Below are positions 1 to 13,275 of a stretch of DNA of 64,000 bases, in pieces. The position numbers and the translations under genes were made by a program. Position 1 is the stretch's first letter, and each line of letters begins with the position of its first letter. The notes below the pieces were generated by a model. It made no database searches. It was not told where the DNA came from and saw only the letters and a program-made list of their open reading frames with translations. The stretch comes from Ostrea edulis (Eukaryota). The DNA is taken from NCBI RefSeq assembly GCF_947568905.1, contig NC_079171.1, positions 16,306,001 through 16,370,000 of the forward strand. Direction: 5' to 3'.

Positions 1-7
1 TCCCCCA

Positions 8-385
8 GTGGCGGATTCGCACCCCCCCCCCCTAAAAATTTTTAATTTAAGGTAAATCGTGGTATCTTGTTTAGAAAAATGTACTAAACGATAAAAGAAG
101 CAATAATTTCTTCCACTCCCGGAGAACTTAATTTTTTTCCAAAAACCCTTAAAATTTGCGTCATTTTACTATTTTCATCTTATTAAAAATGATAGAAAAG
201 AGTACAAATGACTCAAATAGGAGACATATTTCAAGCCCTGTAAAATCCAGGAGCTTTCGGGGGCTTCGCCCCCTGGGCCCCCACCAGGGAAAAGCCCTGG
301 ACCCACTGGAGGCCTCAAGGCGGCCCCCAGACCCCCTGCCTCATAAAGCGGCGCCCCGGTAACTGCAATTCCTGGATCCGCCCCT
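8..385. repeat. GC-rich interspersed repeat bounded by GGCGGAT...ATCCGCC
   Basis: gtggcggattc at the start, ggatccgcccct at ~375; internal gggggcttcgccccc palindrome. Confidence 0.55.
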
Positions 386-419
386 AACCCCCCCCCCCCT
401 CGAAAGTCTAAATTGACCA

Positions 420-860
420 TGCATTTAGTTTATATCCCATAAATGTGAAAGTAGATATAAGGGGGGAAAAGATTTTTATACATTTTCGTATGTGGCCATA
501 TAGGCCCTGCCCAAGGGCTTCAACCATGACCCAGAAACCATAAAAAATTCTCATTTTAGGTAGAGAGCTTCATGGAGATCAAAATCATGTATTTAGTTTT
601 TTTCAAATGAATATGGAAGTAGAGGAAAATATTTCCGAAAAATTTGATACATTTTTTTACATTTGGCCATATTTGCAAAACCACTGACCCAGGAGCCACG
701 AATTTCACACTTTAGGTAGAGAGCTTCACGGACACGTGTTATGTTATGATTTTCACGAAAAGCTACCATTGAAAGATAAGAATGTAACATTGAAAGATGA
801 ATGTAACAACCAACCAACCAACCAACCCCCACCACCACCACCACCACGTGCTATAAGATT
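420..860. mobile_element. Degenerate HINE-like element with ~155-bp internal units
   Basis: aggtagagagcttca occurs twice ~155 bp apart, followed by a (CAAC)n/(CAC)n microsatellite. Confidence 0.45.
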
Positions 861-1026
861 TTGATGTATACATGTACATATATGGTCAAAGAGAAAAATA
901 GGAGGAGTTGGGGTTTTTTTAATTGTCAAGAATGCCCCATACCTACATTACTTAGGGGGCAAAACGTTGCTATATGTCTTTGAGTAACAAGATAAAAAGT
1001 CGCAATAAAGACCAATAAAAAAAAAT

Positions 1027-1500
1027 ACCGGACTGTTTCTTCACGGATCACTGGATGTGGGCGGAGCTTATCTATGGTCATTGTTATTTTTATTTACCTG
1101 GCCAAGAGATCAGGCTGTTGTGTACACTTTTGATCTACATAGGAAGTGTCTCAGGGTCGTCTGTAGAGTTTTTGTGGTCATATTGTTTGCATACCGGACG
1201 GTTTCCTCACGGATCACTTGATGTGGGCGGAGCTTATCTATGGTCATTGTTATTTTTATTTACCTGGCCAAGAGATCAGGCTGTTGTGTACACTTTTGAT
1301 CTACATAGGAAGTATCTCAGGGCTGTGTGTAGAGTTTTTGTGGTCATATTGTTTGCATACCGGACGGTTTCCTCACGGATCACTGGATGTAGGCGGAGCT
1401 TATCTATGGTCATTGTTATTTTTATTTACCTGACCAAGTGTACAGTTTTGATATACACAGGAAGTATATCAGGGCTGTGTGTAGTGTTTCTGTGGTTATA
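1027..1500. repeat. 166-bp tandem repeat, ~2.8 copies
   Basis: ccggac recurs at ~1028, 1194 and 1360. Confidence 0.9.
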
Positions 1501-1743
1501 GTGTTTGTATAATGGTGGATACCGCTTAAACTAGCTGACACACAGTCTACACACCCCTCTTTCTCCTGTTCTCATACATTGCCTCAGTGAATTTATGATG
1601 TATATATCATACATGTATATAGACGAGAGAGAAATTGCTTTGAATGAGTGATTTTTTTTAATTACGCGAAAATAGCAGTTGTGGACAGGTCAATGCTATT
1701 AAAACTCTGTTACATTGTACATGTATACCGGGCTTCGTCCAGA

Positions 1744-1784
<41 letters not shown>

Positions 1785-3836
1785 CCGCTAATTATTGACT
1801 GTTATTGTTATCAAAATATCTCAATTGTTTTTATTTTTTGTTTGTTTGTGTGTGTGTGTTTTGTTTTTGTGTCTTTTTTTTTGGGGGGGGGGGTGTTGGG
1901 GGTGTGTGCTTTTTATAAATTTGAAATAACAAATTTCAGAACCCCATATTTCGAATTTAATTCGTTATTTAAGAAATAAACTTCATTTCTGAAAATATAT
2001 TTATGAATATACCTTTCACATATAAATATACATGTATTGATGGTGTTATTGCATCATTATTATTATTATACTACATATATCCCTGATTAAGACAATTACA
2101 AAGTTTTTGCCTTCGAAATCTTTACAATTTGTATAGATATCCATTTCCTTATGCACGTGCTGCAGTCTTAAACAATGCATGTACAAACCTTGATAAATGA
2201 AACGTGAAGATGACGAACAGTGATCAGTCTCATTAATCCCATAAAGAATACAAAATATAGTAGGCTATTTTAATAGCTGGGAATCCTGACAGAAATGAAA
2301 GAAAAAATATTTATATAAGAATTAAATTTTATTTTTTAAAAGACATGAGAGTATGACCTGCAGCACTTCATGGGTGAGCAGTTTACTTTTCACAATTAAG
2401 CCCTAACGCACTTCATGAAATATGCGGGTGTGATGCCTTTTTATAATTGAAATTTATTTCTTAAATATTATGCATAAAGTATGCATAAATATCTCACAGT
2501 TTTTGCAAATAAAATCCCAATATATATATGAATTTTTAGTATGTCATGATTATCGCACGAATTTCATGTGATTTTCGAACGAAAAAGATTTTACGCATGA
2601 AAATCATGCGAGCCAATTTACCCTGCCTAGAGAAATGAAGAGAGGGAACTTTTTATTGTTTAGTTTTTATTGGTCAAATGAATACCTTTTAATCTATCTA
2701 ACTTGAAATATATATTCCTAACCTTTTGAAATTCCCTTGTCATATATTTCAGTAAAACAAAAAGTAAATTTTGGTGAGTTATAGAAAGTTATCAGCGCAT
2801 CAGAAGTTGATAGAATTAAACTGTTTCAGTGTGAGTACAATAGAAAGCAAGGGGAAATAAGTTCATTCAAATCCACACGTCTCCGGCAAAATTGTTGTCG
2901 TGAGATCGGGTATGAGCAGTGTATATTTTATGATAGTAGAAATAAAACCAGGTTACACAGTCTTTCATGGCATGATTTTTTTCATAGTTTATATATCACA
3001 AAACAAGAAATTATACCTATCTAAATATCTCGGTATTTTAAGTATATGTGGAAGTTTTTGCACAGACGAAGTACACACATCTCTGTAACTTTGCCATGGG
3101 TTCAGACACTGGATTTGTGTACCTTTCTAACATTCATTCATGTTTTTATTTGTACGTTTATCAATTAATATTGTTATTATTGTTTTAAAAAAATAACTTT
3201 CCCGGCGACAAGACCATAAACTGAAAATCCAGCTGACTTTTAAATAATTTTTATATATAAATAAAATTTTCAGTACAAATTTGCATTTGATTTGTTTTAT
3301 AAACCAGCCGTTTTTTAAACGTCTGTGCTAGACAAATCTTATGATATAATTAATCAAAATTTTAACTTTATAAGTGTATATCAGTTTATGGTCTTAAGGC
3401 CAGGTCCTTCTGACTCTACAATTCTAGCAAAATGGCCAGCACCACGTCACTTCTGTGCCCTTTTATACGTTGTTCACGCTTCTTTGACCACAGGCAAGCG
3501 TCACGCGCCAAAAGATACAAAACGATCGGCTAACACGAATTTTATTAGACATAAAACAATCATTAACATAAATGATATTTTTGCAATCAATCATAACGGG
3601 CTTTAGAATGGACACCGCTGACGCTCGTGCCGAACGATAGACGCTTAGTCGGACATTGCGGAAAATTGACCTGAAATCGGCGAAGATGAGATCTCTGATA
3701 CCCGGAATTTCTTCGGACTAGTCCGGAATGTAGCAGGTCTCTGAGTGCCGATTAAATGAATCCGTGGTAAACCCCTGTGTAACTACAGATATTTTTTTTT
3801 TCTTTACGGAAATAGTGCTAACTGTTTTTGCAACAA

Positions 3837-4214
3837 ATGGCAAAGGAATTTGAAACTGTCCGTCTTAGAAGGAATTGCAATATTACAACTCTTTGTACTT
3901 TAACTTTTCTGGTGATAGTTATTTCATATCTGCCAAAAGAGGTGCAAGGGAACCATGCGCCACAACCAATACCGAGAAACACTAACGGCAACAGAGGACG
4001 AAATCTGAGACCGGAAACTGTTCCATCATCTCAGCGCAGGCGTGGTATTCAGCAACAGCAACATGTTGTTTCTCGTGGTACGAGTTCAAATATCAATGAC
4101 AGAAATGGCAGGAGGTTTCCAATGCCGAACACTCGTGTTTCACCACAGCAACGGGTGACGGCGTCTCGTCATTCTGGACAGAGGCCGAGTCCAAATAACC
4201 CAAGGACAAGAACA
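3837..4214 (+). CDS. First coding exon of an uncharacterised, probably secreted low-complexity protein (126 aa)
   Basis: ATG at 3837; hydrophobic stretch ITTLCTLTFLVIVISYL followed by a small-residue site VQG-N; then R/Q/N/P-rich sequence; phase-0 donor ACA|gtaggt at 4215. Confidence 0.75.
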
Positions 4215-4257
4215 GTAGGTTTACTAAATCAGATTTCAGTTTTTAAAATTTATCTTT

Positions 4258-4449
4258 GATGGCGGATTTAGAATGGGTAAAGGGGGTTGCAACCCCACTT
4301 ACCCCCTCTTATTGAATAATTTAACAAAAAGTCATTTTTGTCAATGTGGGGTCTTCAACCCCCCCCCTCCCCCCATTAGGAGGGGTGGGGTGCGGAAAAG
4401 GTATAAACTTGAGCTGCAATCCCTCTTTGAAAATTTCCTGGATCTGCCA
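4258..4449. repeat. Short MITE-like repeat with tggcggat...gatctgcca ends
   Basis: Terminal inverted motif of the same type as the repeat at 8-385. Confidence 0.5.
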
Positions 4450-6667
4450 TCGATCTATTGATAGTATATTTCATCTCTTTTCATTAATTATTTGATCTTG
4501 TCCAGTCATTGCATTGTATGCCAAACTGTATAGGATTCTTCTCGGTGTATCTGTTACATGAAAATTTTTGGAAATGTTAGTATGTTCTACAAAACATGAG
4601 GCGGGTAACGATGATGTATATACATGTATGTACTTACAATATACCAAGATCTATAATTTGAAAATCTGCTTTGATACGATGGAGAGAGAAAAATTGCGGG
4701 GAGGCTATTTTTCAATCTCCTTACAATTTAGCGGAATGTTAGCGTCCTTGATGGATACGTACAATAAGCTGTTTGAGACGGACTTTTCGCCAGTTTATCA
4801 GATAGATGCATTGCTCCCTATAAACCTGTCAAAAAGGTGGACAGATCAAGCTCCCACTCAAAGATTTATTATTCTAAAATGTCGTGTAATGTTGTCCAGA
4901 GAGGAAGAACGAACTTCATGTTAAAAAGTGATAAATTGATGAGCTTATAACTGACAACTCAGATATACCTAGATTCCTATAAATTATGGATATTACAGAA
5001 AAATTCACGCGTTAGTTTGGTCACCAAATAGAAACGCTTGAAGACATTGTTAATTAAATATCATTAGTAATTAACAGTATCAGTATCATTCAATTTGTAT
5101 ACATGCAGCACCATGTAAAACAACCGTACGGAGAGTTCAAGGCTCTCTTCACTGTTATAGAAATAGATCCAAGACCCTTGCTTAGTGTTCTTTTGGATTT
5201 TATATTGCATGTTTATTTCACTATGTACAGTATGTATTTCACTATATATATAATATTATAAAATGATTATTATCAATATATGGAGTTAGTCAAGGCTACA
5301 CACTGAACGCCTCTTTTTTATCAGAGGAATGTTTTACAACTGTTACTAGGTCCTTTATGTTGACAAATTCCCATATATGCACATACATTTACATTATAAC
5401 TAACCTTTAGACCGCCACATGCCGTCATGTATTGGTTTTCTCTCATCATAAATGCAAAACAAATATTGCTGTCCATAATCAGTCAATATGGCGGACATAA
5501 AAACGCCACCTCTCATCAATGTATATGTCCAAAGGAAATGATTAAAGGATAACGAAGTGATATAACCCATATAAAAAAAACTTTCCTACGAAGTTGTGGT
5601 GGTTTAGATAAACATAATTATTACAGCATTCAAAAATTGAATTATGAGTCTTCCATGTGAAATACTATATATTAATATTGATATTCAAGCAATTTGTGAT
5701 CGTGTCAGATAATGTAGTGACTAGCTGTTATATATTACTTTAGGTAAACTACCTATCACAATGAAATCTTACTATTTATTGATATAACTAGCAAACATGC
5801 AAATTAGAATAAGTACACGACTGCACCAGAGTGATTTTAAACTAGACTAATTCATCGTTGCATTATGGCATTGACCACGGTATAGTGAAAGATTAATCAT
5901 TTAATTGAATTTACTTTTCTTTCAATAAATATATATAATCTTTAAATTAAACTCCATGACAACGCTTGAAAGTTAAGCATATCTCATTTTTAGAGCTATC
6001 AGTCATATTGACCGATACGGTAAAGAAAGAATAAAAAAAAACTTCTTCATTTGCATCTTCGCTAGCCAAGGTTTTACGATCCCTCCGCTTCTCTTGCGAG
6101 CAAAGATGTTTCATTTAAAGATATTCAATTTTTTAAAAATCAAATAAAAACAATCTGTATAACTGGAATATGATAATTTATAAATCTTGATAAATTTACT
6201 TCGTATTTTTAATCATCATTTTTATTTATTTATTTATTATTTGTTTGTTGTTTAATTTGTGTGCGTGTGTGTGAAATATCATTATTATGCACTTTACTAT
6301 TCTAGCGACATCTGACCACACATTTTATGTCAAAGACTCGCATTATTTCCCCGAGAGAAATGGCGTAAGACACATTGGATTTGTGTACAGCCATCATATA
6401 CACTGCACAACTTGGTCAAAGAGACGTGCATGTTCTGTCGGTCAAATTAATTAATTAATTACTTCCTCGTGTTAATTATACCAATTAATCTTATTCATTT
6501 ACCACTACCCTAAATCCAATGCAAAATGTAGGTTAAAAGTCGTACGAATTCATTTTTCTTTTTTAGACAAATAAATAATAATGATAAAATATGTAATGTA
6601 CAATATACTACAATGACTTGAGAATCACCGGGTATGCCATCTTCTTAAAAATGCGTTTTAAAAGAAT

Positions 6668-6970
6668 TTTATTTGTTTGCTTGTTATTTTACACCGTAAT
6701 CAAGAGTTTGTCATTCTTTTAAAGGCGCCACAAGCTGTAGATGAAGTGCCACAAAGTTTGATTTATGCACAGTGCTCCAGCAGTGAGTGTTTTTATTGTA
6801 GCAAATCCGACTGCGACCGCCGTTTTTAATGTCATATCCGATTTACCCTAACGGCAGGTGCTTTGTGCAGTAATAGTCACTACCTACTTTAAATCACCTT
6901 AGGTTCGACACTCCTTAAGGGGTCGAGAATTGAACCCGGACCTTCTGGCACCGACGCGAGCACCCTAATC
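6668..6970 (-). mobile_element. Degenerate tRNA-derived SINE
   Basis: B-box-like GGTTCAATTC in the minus-strand head; core similar to the 44770 copy. Confidence 0.6.
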
Positions 6971-7000
6971 TAATTCTAAAATTGGGGTCTAACTTTAAAT

Positions 7001-7620
7001 CAGATTCAGATTCTTTTATTCCCTAAAACTATACAGCTCATCGGTCATAAATACAAATATATACAAATATACAAATAAGATAGTAGAGGGTGAGTAGACA
7101 TACAAATACAATTTTGACGATATACAATCAATGTATTTCAACATACATATAACAATACACGTGAATAATATGTCGTAGCAAGTACAGAATTCATAAGTTA
7201 CATGAAGATCGAAACTTTGTAGCCTGTTGTAGGAACTTTCCTAAATTATTGAGTTCTTTTGTATTATTTACACTAAGAAGCTTTACTAATTTGAAGACAC
7301 TGGGTTTCTTGTAATAAAATTTGTGATTTTAATTCTTTTAACAGTTTAATTCTTAAACTGTTATAAAAAGGACATTTTAAAATAAAATGAAATTCGTCTT
7401 CTAACTCATTTAGGTTACAAAATGTACAATTCTTATTACTTCTTGAAATATTTTTATGCCTGCCCTTCTCAATGTTCAAAGAGTGTGAAGACGTTCGAAA
7501 TTTTGTTACATATATATTTCTTTCCATTGGGATTAATTTAAAATCAAATTTACTTAAAAGACAGAGTATGAGGAACATTTTTATACACTTGATCATATTA
7601 ATTTTAAAGAAATGAAAGAT
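7001..7620 (-). mobile_element. 5'-truncated non-LTR retrotransposon (LINE) 3' end
   Basis: KFRTSSHSLNIEKGRH...CTFCNLNELEDEFHFILKCPFY, a typical ORF2 C-terminal Cys/His region; then AATAAA and a (GAATCT)n tail at 7001-7020. Confidence 0.8.
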
Positions 7621-10600
7621 GATATTAGATATATGTGTCACATATTTCAGAAGAAAAGATATTTTGACTGTTACATACAGTGTACAGGTCGCTTCAGCAG
7701 CAATACCAGATAATGTAGGGGTAACATCTCCCTCTCTCCTGCCTCACCACCCACTCTTTCTCCTCCCATCTCCCCCTCCCATCCTCTGTCTCATCCTCAA
7801 TTTTACAAATTTTGCCACCACATGAATTATTATTATTTCATTCATTTATAAAGCGCAAAATTACCTATAGTTTCTATGCGCTGTACAATGTTTGTGCTAA
7901 TAATCATTGATAATATACTAATAAAAGACCTGCAAGCTCGACTTTTCCCATAACTTATTTTATAGACATACATGCAAACTGGGGATGGTGCGTCAGTGTT
8001 TATTATCCACTAAATTTCTCACAAACATCCAAGGAGTTTTGTGTTACAAATCTATGCATGTAATTAAAGGGCATCCATTGAAATTTAATTTTTCATGATA
8101 CTCATTAATTCAGTGATTTTATGCTTATTGTTTCCTGTATTCGTTGATTGTATGCATTGTATTATTGATTACGCTGTACTAGATTGTTCGTGATTTAGAC
8201 CTGTAAAACTACTGCATTTATTATATTTTTACAGTAATCAATCAGCAGTCAAAAGATATAATTCAACTCAACATCGCAAATTAACCCTTTAAAAATATTC
8301 CAAGAGATATTTAGATGGACATAGGGCACTTCTGTCTGCGAAACATCGGATAAGATTATAAAAAAGGGACAAAGTGACAATGTTAAAAGTCAACGAGTAC
8401 AAGTATAAATGTGGTCTGTCTTTCTAACTTTTTCTCTTAACTTACATGAATATTTTCAGACCTTTGCGGTGCAAGAGCCTAATGTTTGTTCGCATTTGTT
8501 ATTCTGTCTCTAAAGAATCCCTCTATCCGCGGCGAGGTCGCTACTTGTCGGTGGATGATAGTAATGATATATTGCATGTATTACGACAGCGTGAACCATG
8601 TGTATACATCCACATTTTACTTAAATGTTACCGACCTATCAGTGGTCACTAGAAACAATGGCTTCTTTGTCAAAATAATGCGTGTTCCTGTTATGTTTGA
8701 TTTACACATATGAGAAGTAATTCTGAACGTGTGTGCAAAGTCTGTATAAGTACACATGTGTCACGGTGTTAGTGAGGCATTATCAATTACATTACCATTA
8801 TAGATACTGCTACATGCAGGTAGAAATTTGAAAGTGACCTTGGTGATCTACATCCGTACATGTACATTGTATGTATTACATGTATCTACGTAGATAGTGC
8901 AATACCAGTGGTGGTATTCGCTGTTGAATTTTTACATTAGTTTTATTGAAATATCTAATTATTGACTAATTATTTTGTCCTCTGAATAATGCGCACAATA
9001 ACGTTGAAAATTTTCTGCACACTCGTATAATCAAATTATATTCATTTGATTTTATAATTATTTTGACCTCTACATAACATCCGTTTCCAGTGTACACACG
9101 AACTGACTAATGGACATCATTCAAATATAGAAACTCTTTCTTTGGTTTGTTAAACGGGAGATGAAGAAAAAATGCCCCCCCCCCCCAACGTAAGCGGATT
9201 ATCCATTTTTTTGCAATGTTTGCTACCTTCATCTCCCGTTTAACAATTAAAACCAAAGAGGGACTATTTATTACTCATATTTATCTGTATTTTTTTTTAA
9301 ATATTTACTTTCAAGAGCGTAAAATATAGGTATTATTGACCTGTAAATTATTTAGAATTAACAGCGGAAAATCTCCTTGTCTCAATATTTGGTAATGATT
9401 TCCATATTTAAATGATGGTAAAAGGAAATTCTAAATTCATGTATGATAAACCATCGTATACTATAGGCAAGCGTTACTCATTATTATAAATTCATATGAA
9501 AAGTTTAAAAAAAAAAAGAGAACATATTTTTAAACAATTTCAACAATGCCGCGAAATAGGTCGCGGAGTTCGCAGAATGTGTATATTCACACGCGTTTTC
9601 GGATTTATTGATGTGTAAACTCTTTTTCAGCTTTATTATTGTCCGTCAAAACAATAATAACATTGGAATTATATATATATATATGAACAAATTGTGTCTC
9701 AGTTCATTAAAAACCCTGCATGGTTATCATTTACATTTGAATCTAACTAGTTTCTTTATTCATTTTTCTTTTGTTTTCTTGTTCGCTAATCAATATAATT
9801 TCGTGCTCTTTTATTCGCACATATTTGCGATTATGTGTGGTCGCCGTCAGTCCGTGTTATTTGTGGTGCGTGGTTGAACACAAAGCTGAGTCACATACAC
9901 ACCTGTCTACATTACAGGTTAACGTATGCGTAATATCAGTCGCGGGATGCACATTTGATAGATATAAGAGAACCCCTGGACAATGAATCCACTTATAGGA
10001 ATGAGATACCACTTAAAGAATTTATAGCAGAGAAAATGAGTATCGGTCTTTCCAAAAAAGTTATCTTATTCATAAAACAGCCCTAATGTATCCCTACACT
10101 TATTATCGATTTCGGGATTTAAGAAACAGAAGAAATTATCACTTCACACGTGATATTGACCCATTCCTTTGGTGTGAATGCCGCACTATATGCTATTTTT
10201 CTCTTTTCTCGATACTTCTACAGATATGCAGTAGCATTTTAGATTCTTCGTATGTGTATTTGTTTTTCGTGAAAGATACTGACCATTTCGAGTCCAACAG
10301 TTCCACATTTTCAATAGTTATCGGCTGGTTTATATTGCATTATATGACCGTATGGGGGGGGGGGGGGGTTACTGGAGGTTCTAGCGATCAGTAATGAATG
10401 AGAACCAATATTTTCTTTTAATTCATATGAAAATTTCATTTGGGATATTTCAGGAACTGTTACAATGTACATATCAATAAGTCTCTCGTCTCGGGAAATC
10501 TCGCAATGCGGGATTTTAACCTAAGACGACCAACACATTTCCGGCCGTAATAACAAACACCCCCGCATCTTTGAAAATACTAGTAAGGGGTCTGATTTAT

Positions 10601-10737
10601 TGTATATAGTTATAGTAATTGTCTTTATTTAGTACGAATTATCTGTATATTAGGTATCATCACATCGCCGTCCTCATTGCCTTGGTAACATATATTTACA
10701 ACATGCACGGTTGAAATACTATTTATTTTGTGATAAG

Positions 10738-11038
10738 CGGTCAAACAACTTAGTACTAATCAGACAAATTAAACTAGTGGGCAAGCAACTTAGTACTGGT
10801 CAGACGAATTAAAACAATGGACAAACAACTTAGTATATTGGTCAGACAAATTAAAGCAATGGTCAAACAACTTATTACTGATAAGAAAAATTAAAGCAAT
10901 GGTCAAAATACTTAGTACTGGTCAGGCAAATTAAAACAATGGTCAAACAACTTAGTGCTGGTCAGACAAATCAAAACAATGGTCAAACAACTTAGTACTA
11001 ATCAGACAAATTAAAACGATGGTCAAACAACTTCGTAT
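10738..11038. repeat. 40-bp minisatellite, with one more unit at 12711-12745
   Basis: ggtcaaacaacttagtactggtcagacaaattaaaacaat-type units. Confidence 0.9.
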
Positions 11039-12710
11039 TGTAACGTGTTTGGGTCCGTAAATTTGGATAGATCAAGACAATGATAGATAAATGACTGTAC
11101 ATATAGAAAAATGGCAATCAGCAATAATTACGAAAAATGATGATGTGAATAAGAACGAGTCAATATATACAGATAAGTCTTAGGATTATCTACCCCTAAT
11201 ATAAAAGCAAACAAATCTAATTAGGTATATGGTCTGTGTCCGGGCAGGTATGTATCCTATACAAGTACTGGTCTCGGATCTATCTCCAGATCTGTCCTAT
11301 ACCCATACAGAACTTAACTACAATTATATCGAAATATAACAAACAGTTTTAATTCCCTGTATAACACCCTAAAACCAGTATACTAGTCAACGTATACTCA
11401 AAATTACCAGGGTTAAAATATTCTCGCCTTACTGCTTCTGCTGCGATCTTACTCTTTTGAGCTCCGACAGTGAACTGGCGAAATGTCGCTCATCACCGCC
11501 TTATATACTGATGCGCATTCGAACTAACCTCGGGCGCTTTTGTAATGCACAGCAATAAAGCCCGGTATACGTAATAGCTAGATACATCCCGAGCCCGAAT
11601 TTTCCGAGCCCGACCGTTAATCATCACATTACCCACGCCTCTATTCCTCATGCGTCCTCGCATGATAAAACAATAAAGGGCTAATGATAAATGATTTAAT
11701 GAGAAGAAATCATGAGATATGGAAACAATGAAGAAATTATGAAAATATCTTTAACAAATGAAATTGTCAATTCAAGTTATAAAAACTTTTGATATACATA
11801 CATATCTTAATGATAAAGAAGTTAAGGTCAACATTATAATCAAAGACTATCTGTCTGAACATTTCTGCATTACGCTTTCAAAAGTCAACCTTACTACAAA
11901 TTATAAAACTCTTCTCTCTCTCTCTCTCTACAATGTTCTCGACCCTTCTGCCATTCTCATGGTACTTGGTGATGGTAACCTCTTTAACTCGCTTTCGGTA
12001 GCCAGCTGTCTGGGTAATTTTATCCACCGTACTTCCGACACCAGCATCAGTCTGTGTCGCAACTGCCACGCCACCCTGGGCAGGATACACTGCGGTTCTA
12101 CAGACCACTTTTCTAGGAGCTTGAACAGGACTGGGGGAAGTTCGTTTCCTGTACGTACGTCCAGTCAACAGGTCAATTGTATCAGCCTTATCTGCTGGGG
12201 GTTCTTTTTCCTTGGACGTCTCCTCCAATTGAACCTCTGGATCTTCATCCAAATCACTCCCACTGTCACTATCATCCTGCGGTGAACACCTGAGTTCTGG
12301 AATGTCTTTCTCTGCCTCTTTGGACGTATCGATCTCCTCATGCTTCAACCTCATGTGTTTTGCTGGACATTCTTTCTTCTTAAAGGACACATGACATCTT
12401 TCGCACACTAACATGCTGCTGGCACACTTTTCCCTTCTACTTCCTTAAAGTACACTGGACAAATCTCTTGGGGGTCAACTTTTTTGTTCACCATTGTCAT
12501 TCTGAAAAATATATAGAACACAACAACCTTATACAAATGATTTCAGCCTTCTTAATGCAAAAAAAAAACAAAACAAAAAAAAACAAACAATAGCAGGACT
12601 ACTGGTCCTATCATAGGATAAACAGGATCTGGGATATAGAATTTATACATATATACAACTGAAATTCAGGTTCTAGTCCTGAACATAATCATGTAGCCAA
12701 GTAGGAGTAC
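11039..12710 (-). mobile_element. 3' portion of a Gypsy-like LTR retrotransposon (pol tail, accessory zinc-finger ORF, PPT, 3' LTR)
   Basis: On the minus strand, in order: TPTWLHDYVQD* at 12708-12673 (PxWLxDYV-type pol C-terminus); the zinc-finger ORF; purine tract GAGGAATAGAGGCGTGGG(TAA); a TG...CA-bounded 590-bp LTR at 11039-11628 with a TATATAAG box near 11500. It interrupts a 40-bp minisatellite that resumes at ~12711. Confidence 0.72.
11878..12500 (-). CDS. C2H2 zinc-finger / acidic-region ORF inside the LTR element (upstream ATG out of frame; possibly a pseudogene)
   Basis: CERC-x12-H-x4-H finger, acidic DDSDSGSDLDEDPE, basic RTYRKR. Acceptor ttttcag|AATG at 12502; the ATG at 12500 reads in a different frame from the 178-aa ORF. 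Confidence 0.6.
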
Positions 12711-13275
12711 TTAAAGCAATGGTCAAACTACTTAATACTGATCAGAGGAAATGTGGAACCTCAGTGGGTGGAACAATTTCTTTACTGATACCCCACCATC
12801 TCTGCTTCATTTGAGATATTTAGTTGGTATTTCTAACTGTACCTTGTTTAACTTAAATGTTATTGAGTACAGGAGTAAAAATTCAAAATTAAGTAGTGAA
12901 AGCAAAGCAAGCTGTAACTGACGGTAAAAATTCAAAATTAAATAGTGAAAGCAAAGCAAGCTGTAACTGACGGTAAAAATATTGTAACATAAACGAAGAA
13001 ATATATAAACATATTTATGATTGAATATATATATAATCTCATTGTGGATCTGAGGCAATAAACTCGTCAAATCAGCAAACAATGTCAACTCATGAATTTT
13101 TGCCTTCCTGGTAACATTTCCTGTTCGTAATCTCCAATGTGCATTGACTTGTGGACGCGAGGCGCTGCTTCTTTATGTACATACTGATTGAATCGTATAA
13201 ACACACTGTACTGCATTACGAGGAATTGGAATAATCACACCCATTGAATTCCAATATATTGAAGTCCGAAATATA

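Noticed and set aside
1027-1500. 166-bp period equal to the oyster Cg170 satellite monomer length
   Set aside because: The sequence does not resemble the Cg170 monomer as I recall it; length alone is insufficient, and the overlapping ORFs are repeat artefacts.
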